Positions 11,332 through 22,878 of a DNA stretch of 64,000 bases are shown here, piece after piece. A program made the position numbers and the translations under genes. The notes beneath the pieces were generated by a model that was not told where the DNA came from, did no database searches, and worked only from the letters and a program-made list of their open reading frames with translations. Source of the stretch: Felis catus (Eukaryota); the NCBI RefSeq assembly GCF_018350175.1, contig NC_058368.1:174718001-174782000 (forward strand). The letters are read 5' to 3'. Every line of letters begins with the position of its first letter. Positions within the stretch are counted from its first letter, which is position 1.

Positions 11332-11553
11332 AAAAAAATTTTTTAATGTTTATTTATTTTTGAGAGATGGAGACAGACAGACAGAGCATGAGCGGGGGAG
11401 GGGCAGAGAGAGAGAGGAAGACACAGAATCGGATGCAGGCTCCAGGCTCTGAGCTCTCGCACAGATCCTGATACAGCCTTGAACCCAAGAAAGGTGAGAT
11501 CATGACCTGAGCTGAAGCTGGATGCTTAACTGACTGGGCCACCCAGGTGCCCC
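11332..11553 (-). mobile_element. SINEC_Fc-type CAN-SINE
   Basis: Antisense SINE ending CACCCAGGTGCCCC; TSD TTCTCTTT. Confidence 0.95.
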
Positions 11554-11576
11554 TTCTCTTTTTAAAATTGGTTCTT

Positions 11577-11803
11577 GGGGCACCTGGGTGGCTCAGTCCA
11601 TTAAGCCTCTGACTCTTTGTTTCAGCTAACGGTTCGTGAGATCGAGCCCCTGATTCGGCTCTGTGCTGACAGCACAGAGCCTGCTTGCGATTTCCTCTCT
11701 CCCTCTCTCTCGGCCTCTTCCCTGCTCTCATTCATGCGTGAACTCTCTTTCTCTCTCTCTCTCTGTCTCTCAAAACAAATAAACATTTAAAAAATAATAA
11801 AAT
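11577..11803 (+). mobile_element. CAN-SINE
   Basis: GGGGCACCTGGGTGGCTCAG head, CT tract, A tail; degenerate TSD AAAATTGGTTCTT / AAAATGGATTCTT. Confidence 0.95.
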
Positions 11804-12622
11804 AAAATGGATTCTTTTTGTTGTTGTTTCCTCATTTTTCACCTTTTTCTTTTGCTCCCAGTGGATCGTTTGAGCTCCAAGAGAGGGGCATAGGTAAGGT
11901 CTGGACCAGCCTGCAGAGAACAAAGGTTCATTTCCTCACGTCCGCGCAAAGTGAAGGCTGCTACATCCGCTAAAGGCACGTGCGCTATGGAGGCTTGGTG
12001 AGAATTCACGGAATCTGAGGATGAGGGCTCACCTTCCCCTGGGACCAGAGCTCTCCTTCTGATCCTTGTCTTAATGGTGTCAGGAAAACACCACTGATGT
12101 CCCAGTAACCATGGAGGCTGTGGCATTTGCAAAGCACAGAAGGTGCCAAGGAACGCAGACCTCTTATCCTTAGCAACAAGTGGCATGGCCAGGAGATCAG
12201 CTATGGGGCGAAGTGGGGAAGCAGATGTGGCCCACGTGGCCAGCTCTCTCTCCCACCCCCACCCAACACTCGGCACCGTGTGCACTTCTCCAGTGTTTTC
12301 AGTGGAGCGCTGCTCACAATTTCACTGCCTTCAGGAAGTATTCGGTTTGGGGAAGATGGCTGAGAAGTACTTGGGACCAACAGGAGACAATCTGTTGGTG
12401 TGAAAGCAACGCGGCCTTCTGCTGGGATGGCTGGGATCTGTCCTGGGAACTCGGTAAGAGCTTCTCTAAGCCTCTGACGTCCAACTCAGTAGCCATTAGG
12501 CCTTTGTGCATTTGAAATGTGGCTGGTCCAAAATGAGATGCGCAATGAGCAAATATAAGACGCGCACGCCATCTTGACACTTTGGTTCAAAGAAAAGAGT
12601 AAAAATATCTCATTAGTAATTT

Positions 12623-12833
12623 AAAAAAAATTCATGTTTATTTATTTTTGAGAGAGACAGTGTGTGAGCGGGGGAGGGGCAGGAAGAGGGGGAGACACAG
12701 AATCTGAAGCAGGCTGCAGGCTCCGAGCAAGCTGTCAGCACACAGCCTGATGCAGGGCTTGAACTCACACACCGTGAGATCATGACCTGAGCCGAAGTCG
12801 GACGCTTAACCGATTAAGCCACCCAGGCGCCCC
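12623..12833 (-). mobile_element. SINEC_Fc CAN-SINE in MER33
   Basis: TSD TCATTAG(T/A)AATTT. Confidence 0.95.
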
Positions 12834-12914
12834 TCATTAGAAATTTTTACATGGATCGCATCTCGAAATGACAATGCTTTGCATGTACTAGGTTAAATAT
12901 TATTAAAAATTAAC

Positions 12915-13102
12915 TGGGTGCCTGGGTGGCTCAGTTGGTTGAGTGTCTGACTCTTGATTTCAGCCCAGGTCATGATCCCAGGGGCATGGGATCAAGCCCC
13001 ACATCGGGTTCTGTACTGAGCGTGCAGCCTGCTTAAGATTCTCTCTCTCTCTCCCTCTGCCCCTCTACCCTGCTCATGCTCTCTCTTAAAAAAAAAAAAA
13101 AC
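12915..13102 (+). mobile_element. Older CAN-SINE in MER33
   Basis: GGGTGCCTGGGTGGCTCAGTTGGTTGAG...CTCTTGATTTCAGCCCAGGTCATGAT, CT tract, poly-A. Confidence 0.93.
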
Positions 13103-13252
13103 AAATGAATTTCACCAGTTTCCGGTTTTAAAATGTGGCTACTGGAAAATATTAAATTATGGATGTGGCCCACACTTGTGGCCTGCTTTAGACTTCTACT
13201 GGACAGTGTTGCCCCAGGGCGTATACCAAGAAGTGGGATTCTTAGGTTATTA

Positions 13253-13746
13253 TATGTAATTTTAGCCAGGGCTGTAATGGGAGATAGATGGCATACCCAA
13301 AGAGGGTGTTGAGGAGGGTTAGTGAGGAAGTGCTCAGCAGCATGGGGGCAGAGGTGAGAGAATCAACCCAGGAGGGTGAAGCGAGTTCATCGTAGCAGGG
13401 AGCTGCCAGCACCCCTAGACCTGAAGAGAATGGGGAAGAAGCAGCTCCCAGGACGTGGAGTAAGAACGGCACAAGAGGCCTTCTGGGCAGAAGTTGTGGT
13501 CGTCAGTAAGAGAACGCAGCCGCGTGCAAACCACGTCCAGCAAAGGGAAGGCGGGGGAGCAAGCAAATACGTCCCCAACGCTCATTCTCATTCCGCCTTC
13601 AGATCGCTGCTGGAGTCCGCCATTTTGCTCCAACCCAACTGGAAGCAAGAAGGCAGTCCCTGATGTGCTCCACGCGGGTCAGGCACAGAACAGCGGGGAG
13701 GAGCATGGGGAATGGCTCTGGAAAGGCAAATGCAAACACCCCACAT
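13253..13746 (-). mobile_element. Ancient ERVL-class solo LTR (LTR33/LTR41-like)
   Basis: CCAACCCAACTGGAAGCAAGAAGGCA...GGCACAGAACAGCGGGGAGG...TGGCTCTGGAAAGGCAAATG resembles the reverse complement of the recalled LTR33-group 5' end. Confidence 0.6.
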
Positions 13747-14009
13747 GTAAGGGGTGGGCATTATCAGCTTTGCACCACGTGTCAAAACATTTTCCAGAGT
13801 GGTTGAACCAATTTTACTCCCATTAGCATGTATAAGTGCACCTGTACCTACATATGGTTACCAGCACTTGGTGTTGTAGACTTAAACATTTTTTCAACCC
13901 AGTAGACGGGGAAATAGCGTATCATTGATATTTTAATTTGCATTTCCCTGAATATTGTTGAGCTTGAGTGACTTTTTGCATGCCTATTGGCCATTTGATC
14001 TTCCTTTTT

Positions 14010-14223
14010 TTTTTTTTTTTTAACGTTTTATTTATTTTTGAGACAGGGAGAGACAGAGCATGAACAGGGGAGGGTCAGAGAGAGGGAGTCACAGAATCTG
14101 AAACAGGCTCCAGGCTCCGAGCTGTCAGCACAGAGCATGACGCGGGGTTCGAACTCACGGACCGCCAGATCATGACCTGAGCCGAAGTCGGCCGCTTAAC
14201 CAACTGAGCCACCCAGGCGCCCC
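14010..14223 (-). mobile_element. SINEC_Fc CAN-SINE
   Basis: Perfect TSD TGATCTTCCTTTTT. Confidence 0.97.
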
Positions 14224-14398
14224 TGATCTTCCTTTTTAATGAAACATCTGTTCAGGTCTCTTGCTTATTTTTTTCAATTGGATATTTTGTCCTTTCCTTA
14301 TTGATTTGTGAGCATTCTTTATATTTTCTGGATATCAGCCCTTTGTCATTTATCCATTTTCACTTTACGGAAATTTTTGATCAACAGATCTCAGTTTT

Positions 14399-14623
14399 TT
14401 GTTTTTTGTTTTTAATTTTTTTTTAATGTTTATTTTTGAGACAGAGAGAGACAGAGCATGAATGGGTGAGGGGCAGAGAGAGAGGGAGACACAGAATCGG
14501 AAGCAGGCTCCAGGCTCTGAGCCATCAGCCCAGAGCCTGACGCCGGGCTCGAACTCACAGACCGTGAGATAGTGACCTGAGCTGAAGTCGGACGGCCAAC
14601 CGACTGAGCCACTCAGGCGCCCC
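14399..14623 (-). mobile_element. SINEC_Fc CAN-SINE
   Basis: Perfect TSD CAACAGATCTCAGTTTT. Confidence 0.97.
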
Positions 14624-14655
14624 CAACAGATCTCAGTTTTAATACTAAAGAGTTT

Positions 14656-14772
14656 GGGGCACCTGGCTGGCTGAGTAAGGAGGACACGTGACTCTTAATC
14701 TCAGAGTAGTGAGTTCAGAGCCGCATGTTGGGCTTGGAGCCTACTTAAAATTAAAAAAACAAAACAAAACGC
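14656..14772 (+). mobile_element. Short CAN-SINE (SINEC_c type)
   Basis: GGGGCACCTGGCTGGCTGAG...ACTCTTAATCTCAG; TSD TAATACT(A/G)AAGA(G/A)TTT. Confidence 0.9.
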
Positions 14773-15541
14773 TAATACTGAAGAATTTATCAAGCTTTCC
14801 CTTCATAGGCTGTGCGTTTAGTGTGTTATTTAACAATCCTATACCTATTCCAACTTCACAATGTGCGTTTATAATTAATGTGTCCTATTATAAAAAGTAT
14901 GAAAACATAGAGATGAGCAAAATACAAAAAGAAAAGTTTACCCCAAATCCTGTTACTGGAAATCACCACTGACATTAATTTTTCAAGTCCTAATTTCACA
15001 TAAAAAAAAGTAAGGTGGTACCCAAATAAGCCTCATGAAAAAAAAAAAAATCCAGGCTCAGCATTACATTCTTTCTAATAATCTCTTGCCAAAATGTCTA
15101 ATCCTACAGCCGAAATATTCAATACGGACTAATTCTTATCTCTTTCCTTGAATTATCAGTTTCCTTTTTGCTCTAACTTAGCTTTGAATCGCAGGCTTGT
15201 CTCAGGCTTTAGGCAGGAAGGAGAAATGTTTGAGTCATAGGTGAACCAGATAAAGAAAGTCAAATGTTGAGGTCTGGCCTCGAGGCATCCGATCACCGCA
15301 AAGTCATCTGGAACATACCGTATGGAAACGCAAGCCGAGCCTTCTGCCCTACTCTCACGCAGTTCGCCAAAACTAAACCTGACAGCATCTTGTTTACGGC
15401 AAAAGGAAATATTTCTCTTTGCTGCTGAATAAAAGCTGTAACTCTTACGGGCTACCCTGATTAGATTCGGGAATGCAATGTCACTCTCTTAACTAATGAG
15501 ATGCAATCCTGTCAGTGGAGCCTTATCTTATAAACCAGGGG

Positions 15542-15999
15542 TGCCGACTATCTATTCCTGTGTAACAAATCAGCCCAGACTTGACTGGCTTGGACCAACA
15601 ACACTTGTATTACCTTGCCCGGTTTCTTCATTTTTTAAAAATTATTTTAAAAGTTCACGTATTTATTTTGGGGGGGGGGGAGAGCGCGCGCATGTGAGCA
15701 GGGGGAGGGGCAGAAAGAGAGGAGAGAGAACATCCCAAGCAGGCTCCACGCCAGCAGCACAGAACCCGTTGTAGGGAATCGATCTTATAAACTGGGAGAT
15801 CATGACCTGAGCCAAAACCAAGAGTCGGATGCTTAACCAACTGAGCCGGCCAGGTGCCCCTCTATGGGCCTGGTGTCTATGGGTCAAAAATTCAGTAAGG
15901 GGCTTGGATGAACAGTTCTGGCTCAGGATCTCCCATGTGGTCACAATTAGACTCGTAGGCTGGACCCGTGATGGTCTGAGGCAGCTGAGAGCTGACCAG

Positions 16000-16044
<45 letters not shown>

Positions 16045-16330
16045 CATGCTCAGAACCTCCCCGTGTGGTCCCTCTGTCTGGTGGTGCCTCTGTGTGGGCT
16101 GTGTGGGCTCCCCTCAGGGAGGTTGGACCGCTTTTCAAAGAGTGAGTATCCAAGCCCCTAAAGCCATAGCACATTGCCTTTTATCACCTAGGTTCAGAAG
16201 TCACATAGTGTTATTGCACCATTAAACGGCTGCGGAAGCCCAGACAATTTCAGGGGGAAAGGCCACAGACTTGACTTCTCTACGGGAAGAGTAGGAAAAA
16301 AAAATTGAAGATATAGTTTAAACCACCACA
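15542..16330 (-). mobile_element. MLT1 (H-like) 3' LTR of full-length MaLR provirus
   Basis: CTATCTATTCCTGTGTAACAAATCA...GCCTTTTATCACCTAGGTTCAGAAGTCACATAGTG...TTTAAACCACCACA; contains (CT)n at 16004-16040 and a SINE. Confidence 0.88.
15630..15860 (-). mobile_element. CAN-SINE inserted in MLT1 LTR
   Basis: GAGATCATGACCTGAGCCAAAACCAAGAGTCGGATGCTTAACCAACTGAGCCGGCCAGGTGCCCC. Confidence 0.93.
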
Positions 16331-17983
16331 GTCTGCCCTTTAAGCACAAGTTGTTGATGTACTTCCCGCATGCAAGACACGTTCATCTCGTCCCACATTC
16401 CCCACCACCAACCCCTAGGGTTTTACCCCATTTCAGAGTCAGTCTCAGGCTCAAGGTCCAGGAGCTCATCAGCTCTCTCAGGTCTGGGTGCAAATGAGCA
16501 TCATCACGTATGGTTCTTCTCAATCTGAAGATCTACAGTCTACAGAGACAAACTACCCGCTCCCCAGATGGCCACACACAATAGTGGGACAGGCACAGGA
16601 GAGCCGCAATAAACACCTCCATTCAAAACTGGGGCAGTTGGGAGACACGATGCGTAGCACTTCTAAACTCCAGCCAGACAGATGTTGCCAGCTTATTGAT
16701 GAGGGCTTGGTCTGATTCCTTGGGAGAGGTTCTGCATGATTCTTGGCTTTGACCACTGAGTGCTTGGTTCTGCCGAGTTACTTTCCTTTTTCCATAAGAT
16801 AAGGCTCATGTTTGCGCCTGCTTTCTGCTCAGGAAAGATTAGGGAACCAAAGATCTCTTTTTTTTTTCCCTTGGGCATTCTCTGTGTTCCTTTCATTTCA
16901 GGACGATGCAATTCCTTTAAAAACTTCGTGGGCTTCTTCTGTACCAACTTGCAATCCACTCCATTAGATGGAAGACGCACCCACACATGTCTTCTAGAAG
17001 CCGCTTCCTATTTTGGACTTTCTGTGAGACAAATTGTGAGATCACTCCCTTAAAATTCTTATAAATTCTATTGCTCTATTACTGAACAAAGAGGGCTTGC
17101 AAGGCCTGTCCATAAGATCCTCAGAAGGACATTTGTTTATCCATAAAGGTCTGTAAGATTTGGAAGGAATCCTAACAAAGTGTTTTACAGTCATACCCTT
17201 AGCCTCGTCTTTACCTTGAAACCACGTTTTCCCGAGAGTGTCCTGGATTTTATCTTTTCCCTGAAGTCTTTTCATTTTTTTTTTAATTTTTAACATTTAT
17301 TTTTAAGAGAAAGAGAGAGACAGAGCATGAATGGGGGAAGGGCAGAGAGAGAGGAAGACACAGAATCCGAAGCAGGTTCCAGGCTCTGAGCTGTCAGCAC
17401 AGAGCCCGACGCGGGGCTCGAACTCGCGGGGCTCGAACTCACGGGGCTCAAACTCACAAACCACGAGATCACGACCTGAGCTGAAGTCGGACTCTTAACC
17501 CACTGAGCCACCCAGGCGCCCCCAAATCTTTTCATTTCTTTAAGAATCTTTTGCTGGCTGGAGAGACTGTCCTGATCCCTGTATCTCCCCCAAATGCACT
17601 CAAAAATTGAATATTTTGCTCCTTAATTCGTCTCTCTCCTCTCACATTTTACCAAAGGCAACTAGAGGAAATCAGGCAGCCCCTTTGACACACTAGGCGG
17701 ACACCCACCAGCCCGATCATGGGAGCTCATTAGGTCCATTGTGTATTTTCTGCCTTGTGGCAGGTGACGGGCAACGGTGTTGCTAAACCTTGCAACCCTG
17801 CAGAGCAAGGGGCTCCTTTCCTCTAGCTTCTGATGCATTCTCCGGACCCTACTTAACCTCTCAATGGCAGACGGCCTCCGCAAGTCTTCTGGTAAGAGGC
17901 TCCTCGACACCCGTGAGCTTCCGCCTGTCACCCCGTCTCAAAGCCAGTGCCAATGCAACGCCCCACTCGCAGGTATAAAATTC
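16331..17983 (-). mobile_element. MLT1 internal region (MLT1-int)
   Basis: On the minus strand it begins GAATTTTATACCTG (MaLR-internal-like start) and ends with purine-rich AAAGGGCAGAC directly before the LTR's TGTGG. About 1.4 kb excluding the SINE. Confidence 0.8.
17278..17523 (-). mobile_element. SINEC_Fc CAN-SINE with triplicated B-box segment
   Basis: TSD AA(G/A)TCTTTTCATTT; 15-mer (G/A)CGGGGCTC(G/A)AACTC three times at 17411-17455. Confidence 0.96.
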
Positions 17984-18528
17984 TACGCCTGCTGTCGCTT
18001 CAAATATCACCCAACCAAGTGGCTTAAAGCAAAAGCAATCATCCTAGTATCTCTCATGGTTCTGTGTCATGAAATCAGAAACGGCTCAGTGGAGCGGTTC
18101 TAAGGTGTCTCATTCTGTTATAGTCAGATGGTGGCTAGCTTTGGAACAGCCGTGGGATGACACAGGGGCTAGTCAGATCTCTCTCTCTCTCTCTCTTTCT
18201 CCCTCCCTCCCCCTCCTCCCCCATTAGATCCAGAGCCTTTTTATGTGGTCTCTCTGCATGGGCTAGACTTCATCACAGCAAGGTGGTTTCGTGGCAGTCG
18301 AACTGCTTGCTGCTAGAAAGCTTCAAAAGCAAATGTTCTAGTGAATCAAGGGGCAGCTACATCACCTTTCACGACCCAGTGTCAGAAGTCCTGTAACCTC
18401 ACTGCTATCATCTCCTACCGGGTGAAACCGTCACAAAAGCTTCCCCAGTTCCAGGGGAAGGAACGTCGACTCCACCTCTGGAGGAAGGAAAACCAGAGAA
18501 TCCGTGGGCCCATTTTTAAATGGCCACC
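17984..18528 (-). mobile_element. MLT1 (H-like) 5' LTR of full-length MaLR provirus
   Basis: Colinear with 15542-16330: AGTGGCTTAAAGCAA, GATCTCTCTC(CT)n, TGTGGTCTCTCTGCATGGGCT, ACCTTTCACGACCCAGTGTCAGAAGTC, TTCCAGGGGAAGG, TTTTTAAATGGCCAC. Confidence 0.85.
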
Positions 18529-18532
18529 CCGG

Positions 18533-18960
18533 ATTCATTTATTCAATAAGCATTCGTTGTACACCTACTACGGATCAGGCATCATGCTGTAGGGTGAGCA
18601 CAGGCAGGTGAATCAGACGTGAGGCCTCCTGGAGGAGCTTACCATCTAGTTGGGAGGTGACAGAACGCTGTCCTAGAGTGGGTGAGTGTTTTAAGAGGGC
18701 TGGCAAAAATGTCGAGGGAGATCGGAAGGAGAGAAAGAAATGCCCCCAGCACAGCGTGGGGAGGCGCCGTGGAGAACGTGCCATTTGAGCTCCGTCTTGA
18801 GGGACAAGCAGGAGTTCTGCAGCCACGTGCAGACCGAAGTTCGTGCGTCGAGACGGGGAGCACCTGAGTGTGGTCTTTTCACTCTGCTCGGGCGGTGGCG
18901 ACATTCACTAGGACATCCAGGGCGAATCGAGGCGAGTGCAGTTCGGGACGTGTTGGCATT
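18533..18960 (-). mobile_element. L2 3' fragment
   Basis: ATTCATTTATTCAATAAGCATTCGTTGTACACCTACTACGG...GGAGCTTACCATCTAGTTGGGAG. Confidence 0.75.
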
Positions 18961-20524
18961 TGCAGGTGCTGCTAAGACATCTGGAAGTGGGGGATCAAAG
19001 GGGAGCTCTGGGTCCCCCAAAACAGAACCTGCCGGCGGGCTCCTTCTTTAGCCTGCTCTAAGCAGGGTCTCGCATGCTACTGCAGGGGACTCAGTGGCCC
19101 CAGGTGGCGGCCCTCCTTCTCCCTAGGCTGCCTGCTCCCAGCTACTCCAGCAGGTGCAGGGCCAGGACATGAATGAGCGCTCTAGAATACCACATTCGCT
19201 ATGACTGAAAAGCTCACCTGGGACAGTTACCCAACCCGAGGGACACAGACTCTACCCTGGAGTGGCGGCGAATATGTCTCCTAGGTAGACAATGATTCCA
19301 ACCTATACCCTTGGACATCTAATTCGCTGCCTTGTGGTGACTCGGCCCCTGTCCGGTCGGAACGGGAATGTGCCTTTGAGAGTAACGGCCCCCAGAGCTT
19401 GCAAACTGGTGGCACGCAGGCTGAAACTGACTGGCAGAGACCGTTTACTTACAAACGCAATGAACTGACGACATCAACAGATCGGGAGATTTTACTTAAA
19501 GGGTTTGAATTTCAGCTTCTTCTGAAAAATCAGAAGTTTTGGTTTTTTGGGGTTTTTTTTGTTTTTTTTTTTTTTGTCATCAGGCATACATTCCCACCTA
19601 GCCACAGTCACTGGAGCCAAGCTGGGGCCGGGGCTCTAATTGGTCAGGGACTGGGAAGAACGTGGGGAAACAGTCTCATCCCCCACTGCTAAACTGGTAG
19701 AGACAACCTGAAGGACAATCTGTAAATCTCTATTCAACTTGAAAATGACACTGTTCTGGCAGTGGTACTTCTGAAAGTCAAAGCTACGGAAATACTCACC
19801 TGTCAGCCCAAGGTTAGGCTGCCCTGGTTTGTCATTAAATCACCTTCCTGCTTGCAAGAAAGAACTGGCTGGCTAGGTGAAGATGCAATTGAGCATCACG
19901 GAACCAGTGGAGGGAAAAGGAGGCGGTCCTCTCTTAAGCTGAAAATGAAAGATGCTCAAGATATGTTCAATTGTTTCCAAAAGCCGATCACAGGATAATA
20001 CGCGTAGCGCGATCTCACCTAGGCTAAAATCAAACCCGAACTGGCAAACAGGGCAGCAGGTGGTAAAAAGTATAGGGCTTTGGGCTTAGACAACGTGGAT
20101 ACTGCTGAGCTCCCCCAAATCTCGCTGAACACCTTGTTAGAGGTGTCTCAAGTCTTGTCTCAGAGGGAAATCAGCCGTGCAATCATCGGAAGGCTCCACC
20201 AGAGGCTGGGCTCAAATGATCTGGGGCATTTTTCAAGGACGGGGGCTGCCGTGAACCGGACAAAGTTGTTACCGTGGCTTAGGTTTTTGTGGAGACAACA
20301 GGCAAAAGCAGCAACCTGAGTCTCGGTTGGTGGGCCGCAGGCTAGGGAGCAATCCGGTGCTGTCTTTCCTAACTTGACCTGCGGGACCTTCCTGAAGCAA
20401 ATAACGCAGTTATTCGTTAGTTTTCCAGTCTCATCTTTCCCAGGCAAAAGTTTCCCGGAAGAATCAACCATCAGGCTGACATTAGAAGGCCCAAATCTTA
20501 CTTTTCCCACGACTGAGTTGGAAT

Positions 20525-20715
20525 GAGACGGATTATCTTGGATTCTCTGGGCAAATCTCAGCTCTACCGCTTTCTAGCTGTGGGAATTGGGGCAATTGCT
20601 CTAGAGTGTCATTTGCCCCGTCTGGAAATTAAGGTCAATGACGACAGCAAGCCTAGAGGACTATGGTTAGGACAAAAGATGAGTCGTGTGCCTAGAATAT
20701 AGAAAGCTTTCAGAT
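20525..20715 (+). mobile_element. MIR remnant
   Basis: AAATCTCAGCTCTACCGCTTTCTAGCTGTGGGAATTGGGGCAATTGCT. Confidence 0.65.
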
Positions 20716-20765
20716 GCCAGCAACTTGGATTCCATCTGGACACAAAGGCATAGGAAAAGGGCCAG

Positions 20766-21198
20766 AGTGGGATTTCTTTACCTCGGCGCTATTTTTTTTT
20801 TAATGTTTATTTATTTTTGAGAGAGAGAGAGAGAGACAGAGAGAGCTTGAGTGGGGGGAGGGGCACGGAGAGGCAGACACAGAACCTGAAGCAGGCTCCA
20901 GGCTCTGAGCTGTCAGCCCGGAGCCCGATGTGGGGCTCGAACCCACAAACTGTGAAATCCTGACCTGAGCTCAAGTCGGATGCTCAACCGACTGAGCCCC
21001 CCAGGCGCCCCTCCACCTCGGCACCATTGACATTTGGGGCCAGGTGATTCTTTGCCGTAGGGGCTTGTCCTACGCATCAGGGTGTTTCGCGACATCCCTA
21101 ACCTTTACCCTCCAGAAGCCCGAAGCACCAGCCCTGCCGGTTCGTGACAGTAAAAAATATTTTTAGACATTGCAAAATGTCCTTGCTAAGAACCACTG
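20766..21198 (-). mobile_element. MER20 (hAT-Charlie) split by a SINE
   Basis: ACCTCGGCACCATTGACATTTGGGGCCAGGTGATTCTTTG...AGACATTGCAAAATGTCC...AGAACCACTG is antisense MER20. Confidence 0.88.
20793..21011 (-). mobile_element. SINEC_Fc-type CAN-SINE in MER20
   Basis: Degenerate TSD ACCTCGGC(GCT/ACC)ATT. Confidence 0.95.
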
Positions 21199-21911
21199 AC
21201 CTTGAGGCAACCATTGTGTGGGTCCTCTAGGGGAGATACTAACATGAGACATTACGGCCCCTACTCTAGCCTGCTTTTTGTTCCTGGAGGCGCGTGTCCC
21301 GTCTACCGAACTAAACCGTAGGCTACCTGAGGGCAGACTCGCTTTTGCCTCTCCGCGAGCCCTGCTGATTTGCAGACAGTGAGAGCTAGAGGAGGATTTG
21401 CTGGAATAGAACTTTAGTAGTTGCTTCCAGACACAGTAGAACATTGTGCCTACGACCCATGTTTGGAAAGGAAAACGTTAAACCCATTCATTTTAGACAT
21501 GAGTGCAATCAGAAATTCAAATCTGAAGATGCTTCTTAGCCCAAAACGTTCTGCCTTTAGGCCTCAGATGTGTTCCAGAAAACTCGGAATGACGGCAGAT
21601 GATTGGAAAGGGCCACGGGCCAGGGAAATGTGAGTTTCCAACAGAAATCATGTGAAAGGGCCTCCATTTGGCAGCTCCTTTTGGGGCTGTGCGTCTTTGC
21701 CAGGGCCCGGGAGAGACGACGAGAGGCATGTTTCTCAGAGTCCCGATGACCTGGGTCCTGCTCTCAGGGCTTCTCGCAAAGCGAGCCATGCTCAGGCTCC
21801 CACTATGGCCTTGTGGTGACCTCTAGGTCATTTGAGACGGTACGGTTTCTGCTGAATTGTGGACAGGGGATAAAACGCTGGGTCAGTCCTCGCTTTTAAA
21901 AATAGTTTGCA

Positions 21912-22142
21912 GGGGCGCCTGGGTGGCGCAGTCGGTTAAGCGTCCGACTTCAGCCAGGTCACGATCTCGCGGTCCGTGAGTTCGAGCCCCGCGTCGGGCT
22001 CTGGGCTGATGGCTCGGAGCCTGGAGCCTGTTTCCGATTCTGTGTCTCCCTCTCTCTCTGCCCCTCCCCCGTTCATGCTCTGTGTCTCTCTGTCCCAAAA
22101 ATAAATAAACATTGAAAAAAAAATTAAAAAAAAAAAAAAGAC
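21912..22142 (+). mobile_element. SINEC_Fc CAN-SINE, young type
   Basis: Perfect TSD TAAAAATAGTTTGCA; CpG-rich body; long A tail. Confidence 0.97.
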
Positions 22143-22204
22143 TAAAAATAGTTTGCAAAAAAAAAAAGTTTGTGATGGGAGAGCTGTGCCAGAGACTTAG
22201 GTAT

Positions 22205-22700
22205 GGTTACACCCATCTTCACGGCGGCATTCTTCACAAGAGCTGAGAGCACGCTACTCAAGTGTTGTTGATGGATGGATGGGTAAATGAAAATGTGGTA
22301 TATTCATACAAAGGAATATTACTCACCCGTGAAGAGGAAGGGCATTTGGACACACGCTGTAACTTGGATGAACCTGGAGGAGATTATGCTGAGAGAGATA
22401 AGCCAGTCATCAGTGAGACAAGCCAGTCATCCCCACTTGTATGGGATACCCAGGATTGTCAAATTCAGAAGACACTGGTTACCAGGGGCTGGGGCGGGGG
22501 TGGCGGAGAATGGGGAGTTAGTGTTTAATGAGTAGCGTTTCGAATTGGGAAGATGAAAAGGTTCTGGAGATAGACGGGGGTGGTGGTTGCACAACAGTGT
22601 GAGTGTGCTTAACGTCACTGGACTCCACACCTGATAATGGCTAAAATGGCCAATCTTCTTTGTATGTATTTTGCCGCACACACGCAAACAACACAATGGA
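22205..22700 (+). mobile_element. L1MB-like 3' end
   Basis: AAAATGTGGTATATTCATACAAAGGAATATTACTCA...TGGATGAACCTGGAGG...GGGAAGATGAAAAGGTTCTGGAGATAGA...GGTTGCACAACA. Confidence 0.9.
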
Positions 22701-22878
22701 AGAAATACCTGCGTCCAGAAGAACTAACTACTTATCAGGACTGATAGTTCGGTCATCGAGGCTCCCTTCAGGACTCCGGCTGTGCCCTCCCCCAGCTCAA
22801 ACCTACTGGGTTGCGAATTCAGCCCAGCCTCATCCAGTTTCCTGCCTTACAAGAGCCACCTTAAAACGACCCAGCCCA

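Larger units (their letters stand above)
12470..13212 (+). mobile_element. MER33 (hAT-Charlie) split by two SINEs
   Basis: CATTTGAAATGTGGCTGGTCC...TGAGATG, AAAATATCTCATTA, ATTTCACC...AATGTGGCTACTGGAAAA, end TTCTACTGGACAGTGTTG. Confidence 0.85.
13765..14870 (-). mobile_element. Old L1 ORF2 3' fragment, split by three SINEs
   Basis: TTTTCCAGAGTGGTTGAACCAATTTTACTCCCATTAGCA, TTTTAATTTGCATTTCCCTG, GAGCATTCTTTATATTTTCTGGATATCAGCCCTTTGTCA. Confidence 0.85.

Noticed and set aside
19081..19110. Second CTCF-like motif GCCCCAGGTGGCG (weaker ones near 38228 and 62661)
   Set aside because: Two or more mismatches in the core.
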